From: Macrostomum lignano
Lineage: Eukaryota
Assembly (NCBI GenBank): GCA_002269645.1
Contig: NIVC01000384.1
Location: 310,001 to 374,000 of the forward strand
DNA: 64,000 bases
Direction: 5' to 3'
The first letter of the stretch is position 1. Each line of letters opens with the position of its first letter. Shown in pieces: positions 1-22,509 of this stretch. The notes under the pieces were generated by a model. The model saw only the letters and a list, made by a program, of their open reading frames with translations, was not told the DNA's origin and ran no database searches. The position numbers and the translations under genes are program-made.

Positions 1-3000
1 TTTGACATGGTGGCTTTTTAATGTTTGACATGGTGGCTCTTTAATGTTTGACATGGTGGCTCTTTTATGTTCTACATGGTGGCTCTCTTATGTTTGATTC
101 AGGGTTTTTTTAATGTCTGACATGGTGTCTCTTTATTGTTTGACATGGTGGCGTTTTACTGTTTGACATTATGGCTCTTTAATTTTTGACATGGTGGCTC
201 TTTTATGTTTGAAATGGTGGCTCTTTATGTTAGACATGGTGGCTCTTTAATGTTCGACATGGTGGCTCTTTAATGTTAGACATGATGGCTCTTTAATGTT
301 TGACATTGCGGCTCTTTTAATGTTTGACATGGTGGCTCTTTTATGTTGGACATGGTGGCTCTTTTTTGCTTGACATGGTGGCTCTTTACTGTTTGACATG
401 GTGGCTCTTTAATGTTCGAAATGGTGGCTCTTTAATGTTTGACATGATGGCTCTTTTATGTTTGACATGGTGGCTCTTTTATGTTGGACATAGTGGTTCT
501 TTAATGTTCGGCATTGGTTGCTCTTTTATGTTCAAAAAGGTGGCTTTTTAATGTTAGACATGGTGGCTCTTGAATGTTCGACATGGTGGCTCTTTAATGT
601 TAGACATGGTGGCTCTTTATTGTTCGACATGATGGCTCTTTAATGTTTGACATTGCGGCTCTTTAATGTTTGACATGGTGGCTCCTTTATGTTTGACATG
701 GTGGCTCTTTTTTGATTGACATGGTGGCTCCTTTATGTTTGACATGATGGCTCTTTTATGTTTGACATGGTGGCTCTTTAATGTTTTACGTGGTGGCTCT
801 TTAATGTTCTTCATGGTAGCTCTTTTATGTTTGACATGGAGTCACGAATATACTTGACATGGTGACTCGTTATTGTTCGACATGGTGGCTCTTCTATGTT
901 TGACATGGTGGCACTTTAATGTTTGACATGCTGGCTCTATAATGTTTGACATGGAGTCACATATATGTTGGACATGGTGGCTCTTTAATGTTCGACATGG
1001 TGGCTCTTTAATGTTTGACATGGTGGCTCTTCAATGTTTGACATGATGGCTCTTCAATGTTTGACATTGCGGCTCTTTAATGTTTGACATGGTGGCTCCT
1101 TTATGTTTGACATGGTGGCTGTTTTAAGTTTGACATGGTGGCTCTTTTTTGATTGACATGGTGGCTCCTTTATGTTTGACATGATGGCTCTTTTATGTTT
1201 GACATGGTGGCTCTTTTATGTTTGACATGGTGGCTGTTTTATGTTTGACATGGTGGCTCTTCTATGTTTGACATGGTGGCTCTTTAATGTTCTACATGGT
1301 GGCTCTCTTATGTTTGATTCGGGTTTTTTTTAATGTCTGACATGGTGTCCCTTTATTGTTTGACATAGTGGCTCTTTTATGTTTGACATGATGGCTCTTT
1401 AATGTTCGACATGGTGGCTCTTTAATGTTTGACATGGTGGCTCTTTAATGTTTGACCTGGTGGCACCTTAATGTAATGATGGCTCTTTAATGTTTGAAAT
1501 GGTGGCTCTTTAATGTTCGACATGGTGGCTCCTTTATGTTTAACATGGTGCTCTTAAATGTTTGACATCGTGGCTCTTTAATGTTTGACATGGTGGCTCT
1601 CTAGTGTTTCACATGGAGTCACGTCTGTGTTTGACATGGAGTCACGTATATATTTGGCATGGAGTCACGTATATGCTTTTCATGGTGGCTCTTTTATGTT
1701 TGACATGGTGGGTCTTTAATGTTTGACATGGTGGCTCTTTAATTTTTGACATGATGGCTCTTTAATGTTCGACATGATGGCTGTTTAATGTTTGTTATGT
1801 AGTCATGTGTATATGTTTTACATGGTGGCTCTTTTATGTGTGACATGGAGTCACGTATATATTTGACATGGAGTCACATATATGTTTGACATGATGGCTC
1901 TTTTATGTTTGACATGGTGGCTCTTTTATGTTTGACATGGTGGCTGTTTTATGTTTGACATGGTGGCTCTTCTATGTTTGACATGGTGGCTCTTTAATGT
2001 TCTACATGGTGGCTCTCTTATGTTTGATTCGGGTTTTTTTTAATGTCTGACATGGTGTCCCTTTATTGTTTGACATAGTGGCTCTTTTATGTTTGACATG
2101 ATGGCTCTTTAATGTTCGACATGGTGGCTCTTTAATGTTTGACATGGTGGCTCTTTAATGTTTGACCTGGTGGCACCTTAATGTAATGATGGCTCTTTAA
2201 TGTTTGAAATGGTGGCTCTTTAATGTTCGACATGGTGGCTCCTTTATGTTTAACATGGTGCTCTTAAATGTTTGACATCGTGGCTCTTTAATGTTTGACA
2301 TGGTGGCTCTCTAGTGTTTCACATGGAGTCACGTCTGTGTTTGACATGGAGTCACGTATATATTTGGCATGGAGTCACGTATATGCTTTTCATGGTGGCT
2401 CTTTTATGTTTGACATGGTGGGTCTTTAATGTTTGACATGGTGGCTCTTTAATTTTTGACATGATGGCTCTTTAATGTTCGACATGATGGCTGTTTAATG
2501 TTTGTTATGTAGTCATGTGTATATGTTTTACATGGTGGCTCTTTTATGTGTGACATGGAGTCACGTATATATTTGACATGGAGTCACATATATGTTTGAC
2601 ATGGTGGCTCTTTAGTGTTCGATATGGTGGCTGTTTAATGTTTGACATAGTGGCTATTTTATGTTTGACATAGTGGCTCTTTAATGTCTGACATGGTGGC
2701 TCTTTAATGTTTGACATGGTGGCTCTTTTATGTTCGACATGGTGGCTCTTTAATGTACGACATAATGGCTCGTTTATTTTCGACATGGTGGCTCTTTAGT
2801 GTTTGACATGGCTTTTTAATGTTTGACATGGTGGCTCTTTTATGCTTGACATGGTGGCTCTTTAACGTTCGACATGGTGGCTCTTTAATGTTTGACATGG
2901 TGGCTCTTTTATGCTTGACATGGTGGCTCTTTAATGTACGACATAATGGCTCGTTTAAGTTGGACATGGTGGCTTTTTAATGTTTGACATGGTAGCTCTG

Positions 3001-3430
3001 TTATGTTCGACATGGTGGCTCTTTTAGGTTTGACATGGTGGCTCTTAAATGTTTCACATGGTGGCTCTTAAATGTCTTACATGGTGGCTCTTTTATGTTT
3101 GACAATGTGGCTGTTTAATGTTTTACATGGCGGCTCTTTTATGTTCGACATGGTGGCTCTTTAATGTTTGACATGCTAGCTCTTTAATGTTCGACATAGT
3201 GGCTCTTTTATGTTTGGCATGGTGGCTATTTAATGTTCTTCATGGTGGCTGTTTTACGTTTGACATGGTGGGTCTTTAATGTTCGACGTGGTGGCTCTTT
3301 AATTTTCGAAATGGTGACTCTTTTATGTTTCACATGGTGGCTCTTTAATGTTTGACATAGAGTGACGTATATGTTTTACATGGTGCCCATGTAATGTTTG
3401 ACATGGTGCCTCTTTTATGTTTGACATTGT
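1..3430. repeat. Degenerate ~21-23 bp minisatellite (TTTGACATGGTGGCTCTTTAATG) with a 710-bp higher-order duplication; runs off the window edge
   Basis: The unit is read directly. Diagnostic variants recur at a 710-bp offset (gggttttttt at 1321 and 2031). Confidence 0.95.
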
Positions 3431-3479
3431 GCTTTTTTATGTTTAGCAGTTTCGTGTTTTCAAGGTGTTTTAATAAAAA

Positions 3480-4036
3480 AATCTTTTTGCAGCACTAAGA
3501 TTGGAAAGCAGGTCGCTGCATTAGCAGTCCAGTCTGTTCGCATCTATGCTATCTCTTTTCAATTGGCGAACATGATTTGTGGCCCTTATAATTCAATGCT
3601 TACAGCAAGTTGGTTAGAGTAAAAAGTTATGACATAATCAATTTCTTAGTCAGCCAGTATCAGTGTCAATTTAAGTTAGCAATATTGTTACGCAATTTCA
3701 ATCAAGTTGTGTGTGCATTTCTTTGGCACTGTTTTCAACTTGTTGTGATGCAATCTTTATCAGAATTGAAATTCAGTCAGTCAGTTTTTTCTCTAGCATT
3801 CTTACAATGCATTTCAGATCGAAAGAGCCGCTTGACCTTTGCAAAAAAGCCTGTTTTTCGAATATTTAATCCCTTTAATATTGAGCAATTTTTTAGCCAA
3901 GATGCATGTACCGTCCCAGGAAAATTTCTGATCGAATGGTGCAAGTTTGAAGAAAATCGGTTGAGCCATTTTTTCTGAAATCTATCGCATACCTACCCAC
4001 ATACATACAGACAACTCATTTTTAGTATATAGGATT
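3480..4036 (+). mobile_element. Possible non-autonomous Helitron-like (HINE/Lep1-type) relic
   Basis: The 3' part reads TGCAAGTTTGAAGAAAATCGGTTGAGCC, then a short CATA/GACA microsatellite, then CATTTTTAGTATATAGGAT. This layout resembles the 3' ends of such elements. The 5' boundary is a guess. Confidence 0.3.
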
Positions 4037-4099
4037 TCCTAAAAGTTTGTGAGATGTTTATAGTATAGTTTCTTAGAAATGCAAGATTTTTGGAATCTA

Positions 4100-4385
4100 C
4101 ACGTAGTTTCTAGGAATCGCGTAAGCTGTTTGGAATCTAGTTTCTAAGAATTGCGTTAGCTGTTTGTAATCTAGTTTCTAAGAATCGCGTTAGCTGTTTG
4201 TAATCTAGTTTCTAAGAATTGCGTTAGCTGTTTGTAATCTAGTTTCTAAGAATCACGTTAGCTGTTTGTAATCTAGTTTCTAAGAATCGCGTTAGCAGTT
4301 TGTAATCTAGTTTCTAAGAAAAAACAATATTTTTTGCAATCTCACCTAAGAATCGAGTTATTGCGATTTATTGTTTCTAAGAAAC
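4100..4385. repeat. 34-bp minisatellite (GTTTCTAAGAATCGCGTTAGCTGTTTGTAATCTA), about 6 copies plus degenerate flanks
   Basis: Tandem units are read directly. Confidence 0.9.
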
Positions 4386-4493
4386 TAATAATTCGAGAAG
4401 ACCTCAAAGTTCAAAACTATTTGAAACTGTACACGTATCTCCGCTAGAACCCCAGCTGGATCGGCGACAGCGGTTGGTTTTGCCGACATCAAG

Positions 4494-7400
4494 ATGCCGT
4501 CGATGCCGGCGCGGCAGCGACTGCTGTTCAGAAATCGCTCCAGCATGTTGATGTGCGGCGTCTGCCAGACTGGCATCGACAACTTGGCCGCTCACCTGCT
4601 GACGGTGCTGCGCAGCCTGAAGCCGCCTGCCGATCAGCGAAGCCGCAACCGGGTGGTCAGCGGCACCACCCGCTCCGCCCTGGCTGAGTACCGCAGGTCG
4701 CACGTGTCCCAACTCATTGGCGATTGCGTCTCAACTCGTATCGAACGGTACAACATCATGCGCACAGTGTTTATGTGCCCCGCCTGCCAGCTGCACTTCC
4801 ATTCGCCCAGCTCGTTCTACACCTACTTCTTTAATCACCTGGCCAGGAATTACAGGTGAGACTAATTTGGGAGGTCTTGAAGCTTAAATTTGCTTATTCT
4901 CTGCTCCCCTCCTCTGCTTAGATGCTCAAATCTGCGTCTCAGATGTTTGAATGCTTGAATCTACCTCTCAGATGTTTGAATCTTTCTCTCAGATGCTTGA
5001 ATCTACCTCTCAGATGTTTGAATCTACCTCTCAGATGTTTGAATCTGCCTTTCAGATGCTTAAATCTACCTCTCAGATGTTTGAATCTACCTCTCAGATG
5101 TTTGAATCTGCCTCTCAGATGTTTGAATCTTTCTCTCAGATGCTTGAATCTACCTCTCAGATGTTTGAATCTGCCTCTCAGATGTTTGAATCTACCTCTC
5201 AGATGCTTGAATCTGCCTCTCAGATGCTTGAATCTGCCTCTCAGATGCTTGAATCTACCTCTCAGATGCTTGAATCTGCCTCTCAGATGCTTGAATCTGC
5301 CTCTCATATGCTTGAATCTGCCTCTCAGATGTTTGAATCTGCCTCTCAGATGCTTGAATCTGCCTCTCAGATGCTTGAATCTGCCTCTCAGATGCTTGAA
5401 TCTACCTCTCAGATGCTTGAATCTACCTCTCAGATGCTTGAATCTACCTCTCAGATGCTTGAATCTACCTCTCAGATGCTTGAATCTACCTCTCAGATGC
5501 TTGAATCTTCCTCTCAGATGCTTGAATCTGCCTCTCAGATGCTTGAATCTGCCTCTCAGATGCTTGAATCTGCCTCTCAGATGCTTGAATCTGCCTCTCA
5601 GATGCTTGAATCTACCTCTCAGATGCTTGAATCTGCCTCTCAGATGTTTGAATCTTCCTCTCAGATGCTTGAATCTGCCTCTCAGATGCTTGAATCTGCC
5701 TCTCAGATGCTTGAATCTTCCTCTCAGATGCTTGAATCTGCCTCTCAGATGCTTGAATCTGCCTCTCAGATGCTTGAATCTGCCTCTCAGATGCTTGAAT
5801 CTGCCTCAGATGTTTGAATCTTCCTCTCAGATGCTTGAATCTGCCTCTCAGATGCTTGAATCTGCCTCTCAGATGCTTGAATCTGCCTCAGATGTTTGAA
5901 TCTGCCTCTCATATGCTTGAATCTGCCAATCAGATGCTTGAATCTGCCTCAGATGTTTGAATCTGCCTCTCATATGCTTGAATCTGCCTCTCAGATGCTT
6001 GAATCTACCTCTCAGATGCTTGAATCTGCCTCAGATGTTTGAATCTGCCTCTCAGATGTTTGAATCTGCCTCTCAGATGCTTGAATCTTCCTCTCTGCTC
6101 CACCTATTAGCCAGTCCATCCGCGTCCCCCCTGGCCCCCATAGGGAGGACCAGCCCGAACAGGCCCACACAATCTTGATGCACCGAATTGTCGCGTTGCT
6201 CATCGACTACGTCGCCGATCGGGTGAGCATCGACGAGGTCGAGCAATTTTTTTTCGGCGGCAGCAACAAAACCGGTGACTGCGGCTTCTTCTGCGACGCC
6301 GGCGGCCTGGAGCTCCGGCACGTTCGCAACGGCACCGGCATCTGCGTCGGGCAGCAGCGGATCACCGACTTCGCCGTCGACTGGATCGCTCCGGCCGGAT
6401 TTTCCACAGATGGTCTGACGGCCGCCGCCTCCGTCTGGCGCTCGAGATCTTCGTCCGCCACCTCCCTCGTCGTGCCCGACTCGCCGACGGCCACCGACGC
6501 GACGATCATAGTGCCGAATAATGCCGACGTCGTCTGCCAGTACTGCGGCGCCGGATTCAGCGGCCGACATCACCTGTCGGCGCTGCACAATCACCTGCTG
6601 CGCGCCCTGTTCCTTGGCTCCTGCGAGGAGGAGGCCGGTGACCTGCCAGGTGCTGCAGAGACTTCCCAGCGGCGGCATCGACTGTGCTGGTCGGCTTTCG
6701 CGCCTGCGGCACGGCCCGCCAGGTATGTTGGCTTTTTATTGATACCTGTGTCTACTGCCCCAGACTGTACACTCCCTCAATCGATATCTGTTTCCCTTAC
6801 CCCAGACTGTACACTCCCTCAATCGATATCTGTTTCCCTTACCCCAGACTGTACACTCCCTCAATCGATATCTGTTTCCCTTACCCCAGAGTGTACACTC
6901 CCTCAATCGATATCTGTTTCCCTTACCCCAGAGTGTACACTCCCTCGATCGATATCTGTTTCCCTTACCCCAGAGTGTACACTCCCTCGGTTGATAGCTG
7001 GTTCCCTTACCCCAGAGTGTACACTCCCTCGATCGATATCTGGTTCAATTACCCCAGAGTGTACACTCCCTCGATCGATATCTGTTTCCCTTACCCCAGA
7101 GTGTACACTCCCTCAATCGATATCTGGTTCCCTTACCCCAGAGTGTACACTCCCTCGATCGATATCTGTTTCCCTTACCCCAGAGTGTACACTCCCTCGA
7201 TCGATATCTGTTTCCCTTACCCCAGAGTGTACACTCCCTCGGTTGATAGCTGGTTCCCTTACCCCAGAGTGTACACTCCGTCGATCGATATCTGTTTCCC
7301 TTACCCCAGAGTGTACACTCCCTCGATCGATATCTGTTTCCCTTACCCCAGAGTGTACACTCCCTCAATCGATATCTGGTTCCCTTACCCCAGAGTGTAC

Positions 7401-8087
7401 ACTCCCTCGATCGATATCTGTTTCCCTTACCCCAGAGTGTACACTCCCTCAATCGATATCTGGTTCAATTACCCCAGAGTGTACACTTCCTCGATCGATA
7501 TCTGTTTCCCTTACCCCAGAGTGTACACTCCCTCGATCGATATCTGGTTCAATTACCCCAGAGTGTACACTTCCTCGATCGATATCTGTTTCCCTTACCC
7601 CAGAGTGTACACTCCGTCGATCGATATCTGTTTCCCTTACCCCAGAGTGTACACTCCGTCGATCGATATCTGTTTCCCTTACCCCAGAGTGTACACTCCG
7701 TCGATCGATATCTGTTTCCCTTACCCCAGAGTGTACACTCCGTCGATCGATATCTGTTTCCCTTACCCCAGAGTGTACATCCTAGAATACATTCGATCTC
7801 TAACCCCTCTCAGATGCACCGCCTGCGGCAAAATCTGTGGCAGCCTTGAGCTTCTAGCTGAACATATTGGCGACAAAATCCTGTCGACCGGGTCGGCTTC
7901 TCACCACGCGGTGGCTGAGGACATCGCCGAGATGCTTATGGACGTGGCCACCGGCCGTGCTGCTCACGAGCGGGCATGCGGCTACATGGAGAATTTCCTG
8001 CTGCTCAACGACAAATCCGTCGACGGCTGCGACGACGACGACGAATTTCCGGCTTCCGCTTCGGCGATTTCCACGAAACCTGTGTGA
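4494..8087 (+). CDS. Spliced gene for a protein with several C2H2-like (CxxC...H) zinc-finger motifs; possibly 5'-partial
   Basis: Exons 4494(or 4448)-4855, 6111-6722 and 7814-8087. Donors are AG|GTGAG and AG|GTATGT; acceptors are TATTAG| and CTCTCAG| with a CTAAC branch point. All junctions are phase 2 and in frame. Motifs: CGVC..AAHL, CPAC...NHL, CQYC...HNHL, CTACGKIC...EH. Confidence 0.7.
4912..6090. repeat. 21-bp intronic minisatellite (CTCTCAGATGCTTGAATCTGC)
   Basis: About 55 tandem units fill intron 1 of the zinc-finger gene. Confidence 0.95.
6750..7785. repeat. 42-bp intronic minisatellite (CTGTTTCCCTTACCCCAGAGTGTACACTCCCTCGATCGATAT)
   Basis: About 25 tandem units fill intron 2 of the zinc-finger gene. 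Confidence 0.95.
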
Positions 8088-10985
8088 AAAAGTTCAAAAA
8101 CAAAATCCGAAAAATTGCTTTGACATCTTTTTTGTCATGAACCGCTGATATTTACTGATGCCAACACTTCCAATTTATGAAACTGGCGAGTTAGCAATAA
8201 ATTTTTGTCTGTTTCTAAGAAATCTACGGCGAATTCTTATTTCCGCTAATTATTTTATAGCTAATATTTTATGCGAGGATAATTATCATGCATGATTATC
8301 GCCGTAAATGGATGGAAATTACGGGCTTTAGATGGGCTACCGCTACTCAGAAAATTTGCGTGTAAGCTACTTTGAGTTCAGTAGTTAGTTAAACGAAAGC
8401 ATTTTAATGTATTTTAAGACAAAACTCGTTTATAAACTATTTATTCCACATAAATCCTCTACCCACGCCCCGCCGCCCAACTTTTATTGCCTTCCTCGGT
8501 GTACCAACCTTCAATGGCGCTGGCTAATGTACATTAATTAGCTGGATCAACTAGCAATCTAGTGCGGCCCCCCTTCGGGGCGCCCAATAAGCAAGGAGCA
8601 TTAAACACCAATTCCTTCTTCACTTTTAAAATCACCTTATTCATGTAAAATTGTCACGGACAATGATATTTGCTATGAATCTCTTTTTTTCTAAAATTAA
8701 CAAACAGACAACAAAATATAGCTTTCACAGAGATAACAGACATTCCCGCTAAATAGAAAATATTCCCAAGACAGCAAGCATCCCGCCAGATAGCAAGCAC
8801 CCCCTCCAAAAGTAATTAAGCAACCGCAGATAGCAAGCATCCCCTAATACTCGCAGCAAGCATCCACCCAGATACAGCAAGCATCCCCCAGATATTGTTA
8901 AAGCATACACCTAGATAGCTAGCGATGATTGTATTGCCAAAAATAATTGGGAAATTAGTTTAATTCGATCATAGCTGCAGATCTTTTGAAGAAAATGAAA
9001 CTCGACTTTATAAAAGATAGAAAATTCAATATCGTCAATGTAGATATTCTCTAAAATTTTAAGTGTTGCTTCATTAGTGGCTTTTACAGTTTGCAGGTAG
9101 AAAAAATTTTTGTTTTGATGTGTAATTTTTTTTCAAATCTGGTTATTGTCTTACTATTGGCTCATTATACTGATTTGCGGCGACAGTTTTGGTGCTTAGT
9201 TCTATTTTAATCAAATCTTCCTTTTGAAGTCTTCGTTGGTTTTGTTTGTAAGGCAAATTTTTTTTAGAAATTGTGTTAATTTAAAATCTATTGGTACAAC
9301 TTGAATTATATTTATTTACATGTACATCTAAGTAGTGCTTGGCAAATTGAAAGAAAATTTTTACTTGTCAAACAATTTTTGTGTTAATTTCCGATTTATC
9401 TGACTTTACACCTGTAGTTTTCGCTTGTTGTTTTAAATACGTAATTTTTACTATTTTTTGTTTAAATGCACTACAATTGATAATAAAGAGTTAATTGCTT
9501 TATTAAATTTCATAAACCCGACGACGAAAATTTTAGACTTGGCAAAAAACATTTTTTAAAGAATTTTTAAGACCAATAATTTTACTTTTAAGAGAGTGAA
9601 AAGTTTGTGGTTTATTTATTTCTTGGACAAATATCTGAGGGGAGCGGCTGCACTTTGCAGGTTCAATTTTAAACACTTATTTCAGGTTTTTCATTTGTTC
9701 TCGGTAATTCATTTGGTCGCTTGATGGCAACTGCGACTTTATACCTTTAGCATGAAAAGTTTTATGAATTATAAAAAAAATTGGTGTGGATATGGGATTA
9801 GTAGCATGCATTAGTAGTATTGATTATGCAGTGACAATATAAGTAAATTTACGAAGCACAATTAATGAAAAGCGGAATAAATAATATTATGAAAATTAAA
9901 CATTAAAAAGCGACTTATCTGAAATAAATATTAGTTGGAAAAATTGATCGCTAATTTCAATTGAAGCGAACGAATTAAAATGATAAAAACAGCAAATTTT
10001 TGTAGTAGTAATAAAGCAAATTTAATTGAAAATTGAAATAAAATTGTACCAACTAGTGCTGGCTACTACTAGTAAAGCCATAAGCATGGAAATTCTTGGC
10101 AATATGGTATTTTTTGGAGAAATATTGAAAAATAAATTACTTTAAGTTCATGCAATACTAGTTATTAGTGAATTTGGCAAAGTAACAATAAGTAGTAATA
10201 GTATGTAGTGAGCGCATTAAATCATTGATTAAATATGAAATTATTGTAGCAACAATCAATAAATTTTTTTATGCAATTTCTTCCGATTCAAAAGGCACAT
10301 TTTTTAATTACTTTTTTACACATTTTAATAATTTTTAGCGTAAAATGGATTGGAAAGAATCACATTTTGACAAGGAGGTAAAAGGCATTGCAGCGTCCCT
10401 CGAACAGAAATTTAGCGAATGAGTTTTAGCGCATTTAGGTCGTGGGAATAAATAAAAAATAACACAAAAGTTGCTTGTGGACATAAAAGAAATAAACGCG
10501 GCGTGCTGCTCCACAGACTCGTTCATAAATATAGGAAAATAACTTCAATGCAGACTTCTGTGCAAGCGAGTGGGCGGCGTACGGTACCCGCGTCTTTGTT
10601 TTAACAAGATAGCTATTCAACTACAATTATAAGCACAAAGACTTGCCATTGTACATCCGGGATGTCGTGGTTTATCAAAATGTTCAACGAAAAAAAAGAA
10701 TTGTTCACTTCACGAAAAAGTCGAACTAAATATTTTAAAAATAGGAAAGTTCATAACACGAAAAAGAAAAACAATAGATAAGATTAACAAAAAGTATAAC
10801 AAAATGAACACACCGATGCATCGGTCCGCTTAATGCAGCGACACTTGAACAGAAAAAGAGCAAGAAATTAGCGAAATAAAAACCGACTTCATCAAGTTTT
10901 AAATAAGAACGAAGCGACGGCAAAATAAAAAAGTAAAAATTAAGCGAAACACGGCCGACTTTTTTCACACCTCAAATTGTCGACA

Positions 10986-20368
<9,383 letters not shown>

Positions 20369-20734
20369 GCGGGCTGCAGTTGTTGGTGGCCGCTATGGCT
20401 GATACACAAATGCAATAATTAACTGTGTGCGCCCAGTTCACGAGCGGACTGGAAATTTTTTATAACTAAAATCTGCCCTCCGAACCCCCCCCCCCCAAAT
20501 AGACTGAGTGGGGCTGGCCTTATCTGTCCTCGCGCGCGAATTCATTGGCTTTTGGCTTTGTGAACTGCACGCAGGCGTAGGGGGGGGGGGTGGGCGCATG
20601 GGTTAGCTAACTTTAGGGGGCTGCCTAGTTAACCAGCAATCTGCAGATTAGGATAGTTGGGCTTCTTGCATGGTCGCTTTTTCATTAGCTCCCGTGATTC
20701 TACATCTTGACTTTGAGAATGTGTACATGTAAAA

Positions 20735-21862
20735 ATTGAGCTTGTGAAGATTCGAGCTTGTGAAGATTCGAGCTTGCTTGTGAAGATTCGAGCTTGTGAT
20801 TCGAGCTTGCTTGTGAAGATTCGAGCTTGTGAAGATTCGAGCTTGCTTGTGAAGATTCGAGCTTGTGAAGATTCGAGCTTGTGAATTTTCGAGATTGTGA
20901 AGATTCGAGCTTGTGAATTATCAAGCTTGTGGATTATCAAGCTTGTGGATTATCAAGCTTGTGGATTATCAAGCTTGTGGATTATCAAGCTTGTGGATTA
21001 TCAAGCTTGTGGATTGTCAAGCTTGTGGATTATCAAGCTTGCGGATTATCAAGCTTGTGGATTGTCAAGCTTGTGGATTATCAAGCTTGTGGATTGTCAA
21101 GCTTGTGGATTGTCAAGCTTGTGGATTGTCAAGCTTGTGGATTGTCAAGCTTGTGGATTGTCAAGCTTGTGGATTATCAAGCTTGTGGATTGTCAAGCTT
21201 GTGGATTGTCAAGCTTGTGGATTGTCAAGCTTGTGGATTGTCAAGCTTGTGGATTGTCAAGCTTGTGGATTATCAAGCTTGTGGATTGTCAAGCTTGTGA
21301 ATTATCAAGATTGTGAATCATCGAGCTTGTGAATTAGCGAGCTTGTGAAGATTCGAGCTTATGAACTATCAAGCTTGTGAATTATCAAGCTTGTGAAGAT
21401 TCGAGTTTGTGAATTATCAAGCTTGTGAATTATCAAGCTTGTGAAGATTCGAGTTTGTGAATTATCAAGCTTGTGAATTATCAAGCTTGTGAATGATCAA
21501 GGCTTGTGAATTATCAAAATTGTGAAGATTCGAGCTTGTGAATTATCAAGATTTTGGATTGTCAAGCTTGTGAATTATCAGGGCTTGTGAATTATCAAGC
21601 TTGTGAATGATCAAGGCTTGTGAATTATCAAACTTGGGAAGATTCGGGTTTGTGAACTATCAAGATTGTGAAGATTCGGGTTTGTGAGTTATCAAGATTG
21701 TGAGTTATCAATATTGTGAATTATCAAGCTTGTGAAGACTCGAGCTTGTGAATTATCAAGCTTGTGAAGACTCGAGCTTGTGAATTATCAAGCTTGTGAA
21801 GACTCGAGCTTGTGAATTATCAAGCTTGTGAAGACTCGAGCTTGTGAATTATCAAGCTTGTG
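20735..21862. repeat. 16-bp minisatellite family (TCAAGCTTGTGGATTA / TTCGAGCTTGTGAAGA)
   Basis: Read directly; it lies upstream of the RBM46-like gene. Confidence 0.95.
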
Positions 21863-22509
21863 AAATGGACTACGAAATTCTACATCAACTGTTATATTCG
21901 ATAACAAATATAACTAGAATTGGAATTGGTAAGAGCCAAGAATACGAAGTCACATTGGAAAAAATTGAAGATACGCCTTTGCTGGCGAGGTTTCGGTTAA
22001 AAATTCAGCCCCATTATCGTACGAAGCTCGCTAAAGCGGTCTCTCAATGCACAGATAAGATATGGAGCTGCTGGGGTATTCAGTAGGATCACAACTGTCG
22101 AATGCTATAGATTAGCACAGTGCACATTGCCAATTAAGGTACACACAAAGATCAGAAGGTTGCTTCTTCAAGTCTTACTAATATTAATAAAGTTAAAAGC
22201 CATTGAAAGTTAGTATTCGAAATTTCTGCTTCAAGTTGCGCCTCGATCTGCAGAAAATGCAGTGGCGTATTAATTCCATTTATAACTGTACAGGACCTAG
22301 AAAGCTTGCATACGCGGTGACAAGGGTGAAACTTCATGAAACAGGGAGGCCCTCGGAGCCTCTACAACCTCTAGGTTCAAAGTTCTAACCATTGCGCAGA
22401 TTTTTCAATTTAACTTCAAATTTTATCAAAATGTAAATTTGTTGCCGATTTTGTTACTTTCATGTAAGACGAAGCTTTGCCTAATTGACTGCTGTTAGTG
22501 TTATCTGAC

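Noticed and set aside
3610-3978. 122-aa ORF
   Set aside because: It is AT-rich with no ATG start or recognisable motif, and overlaps a probable non-autonomous transposon relic.
21844-22390. Short ORFs as a gene or transposase fragment
   Set aside because: No recognisable motifs or consistent splice structure.
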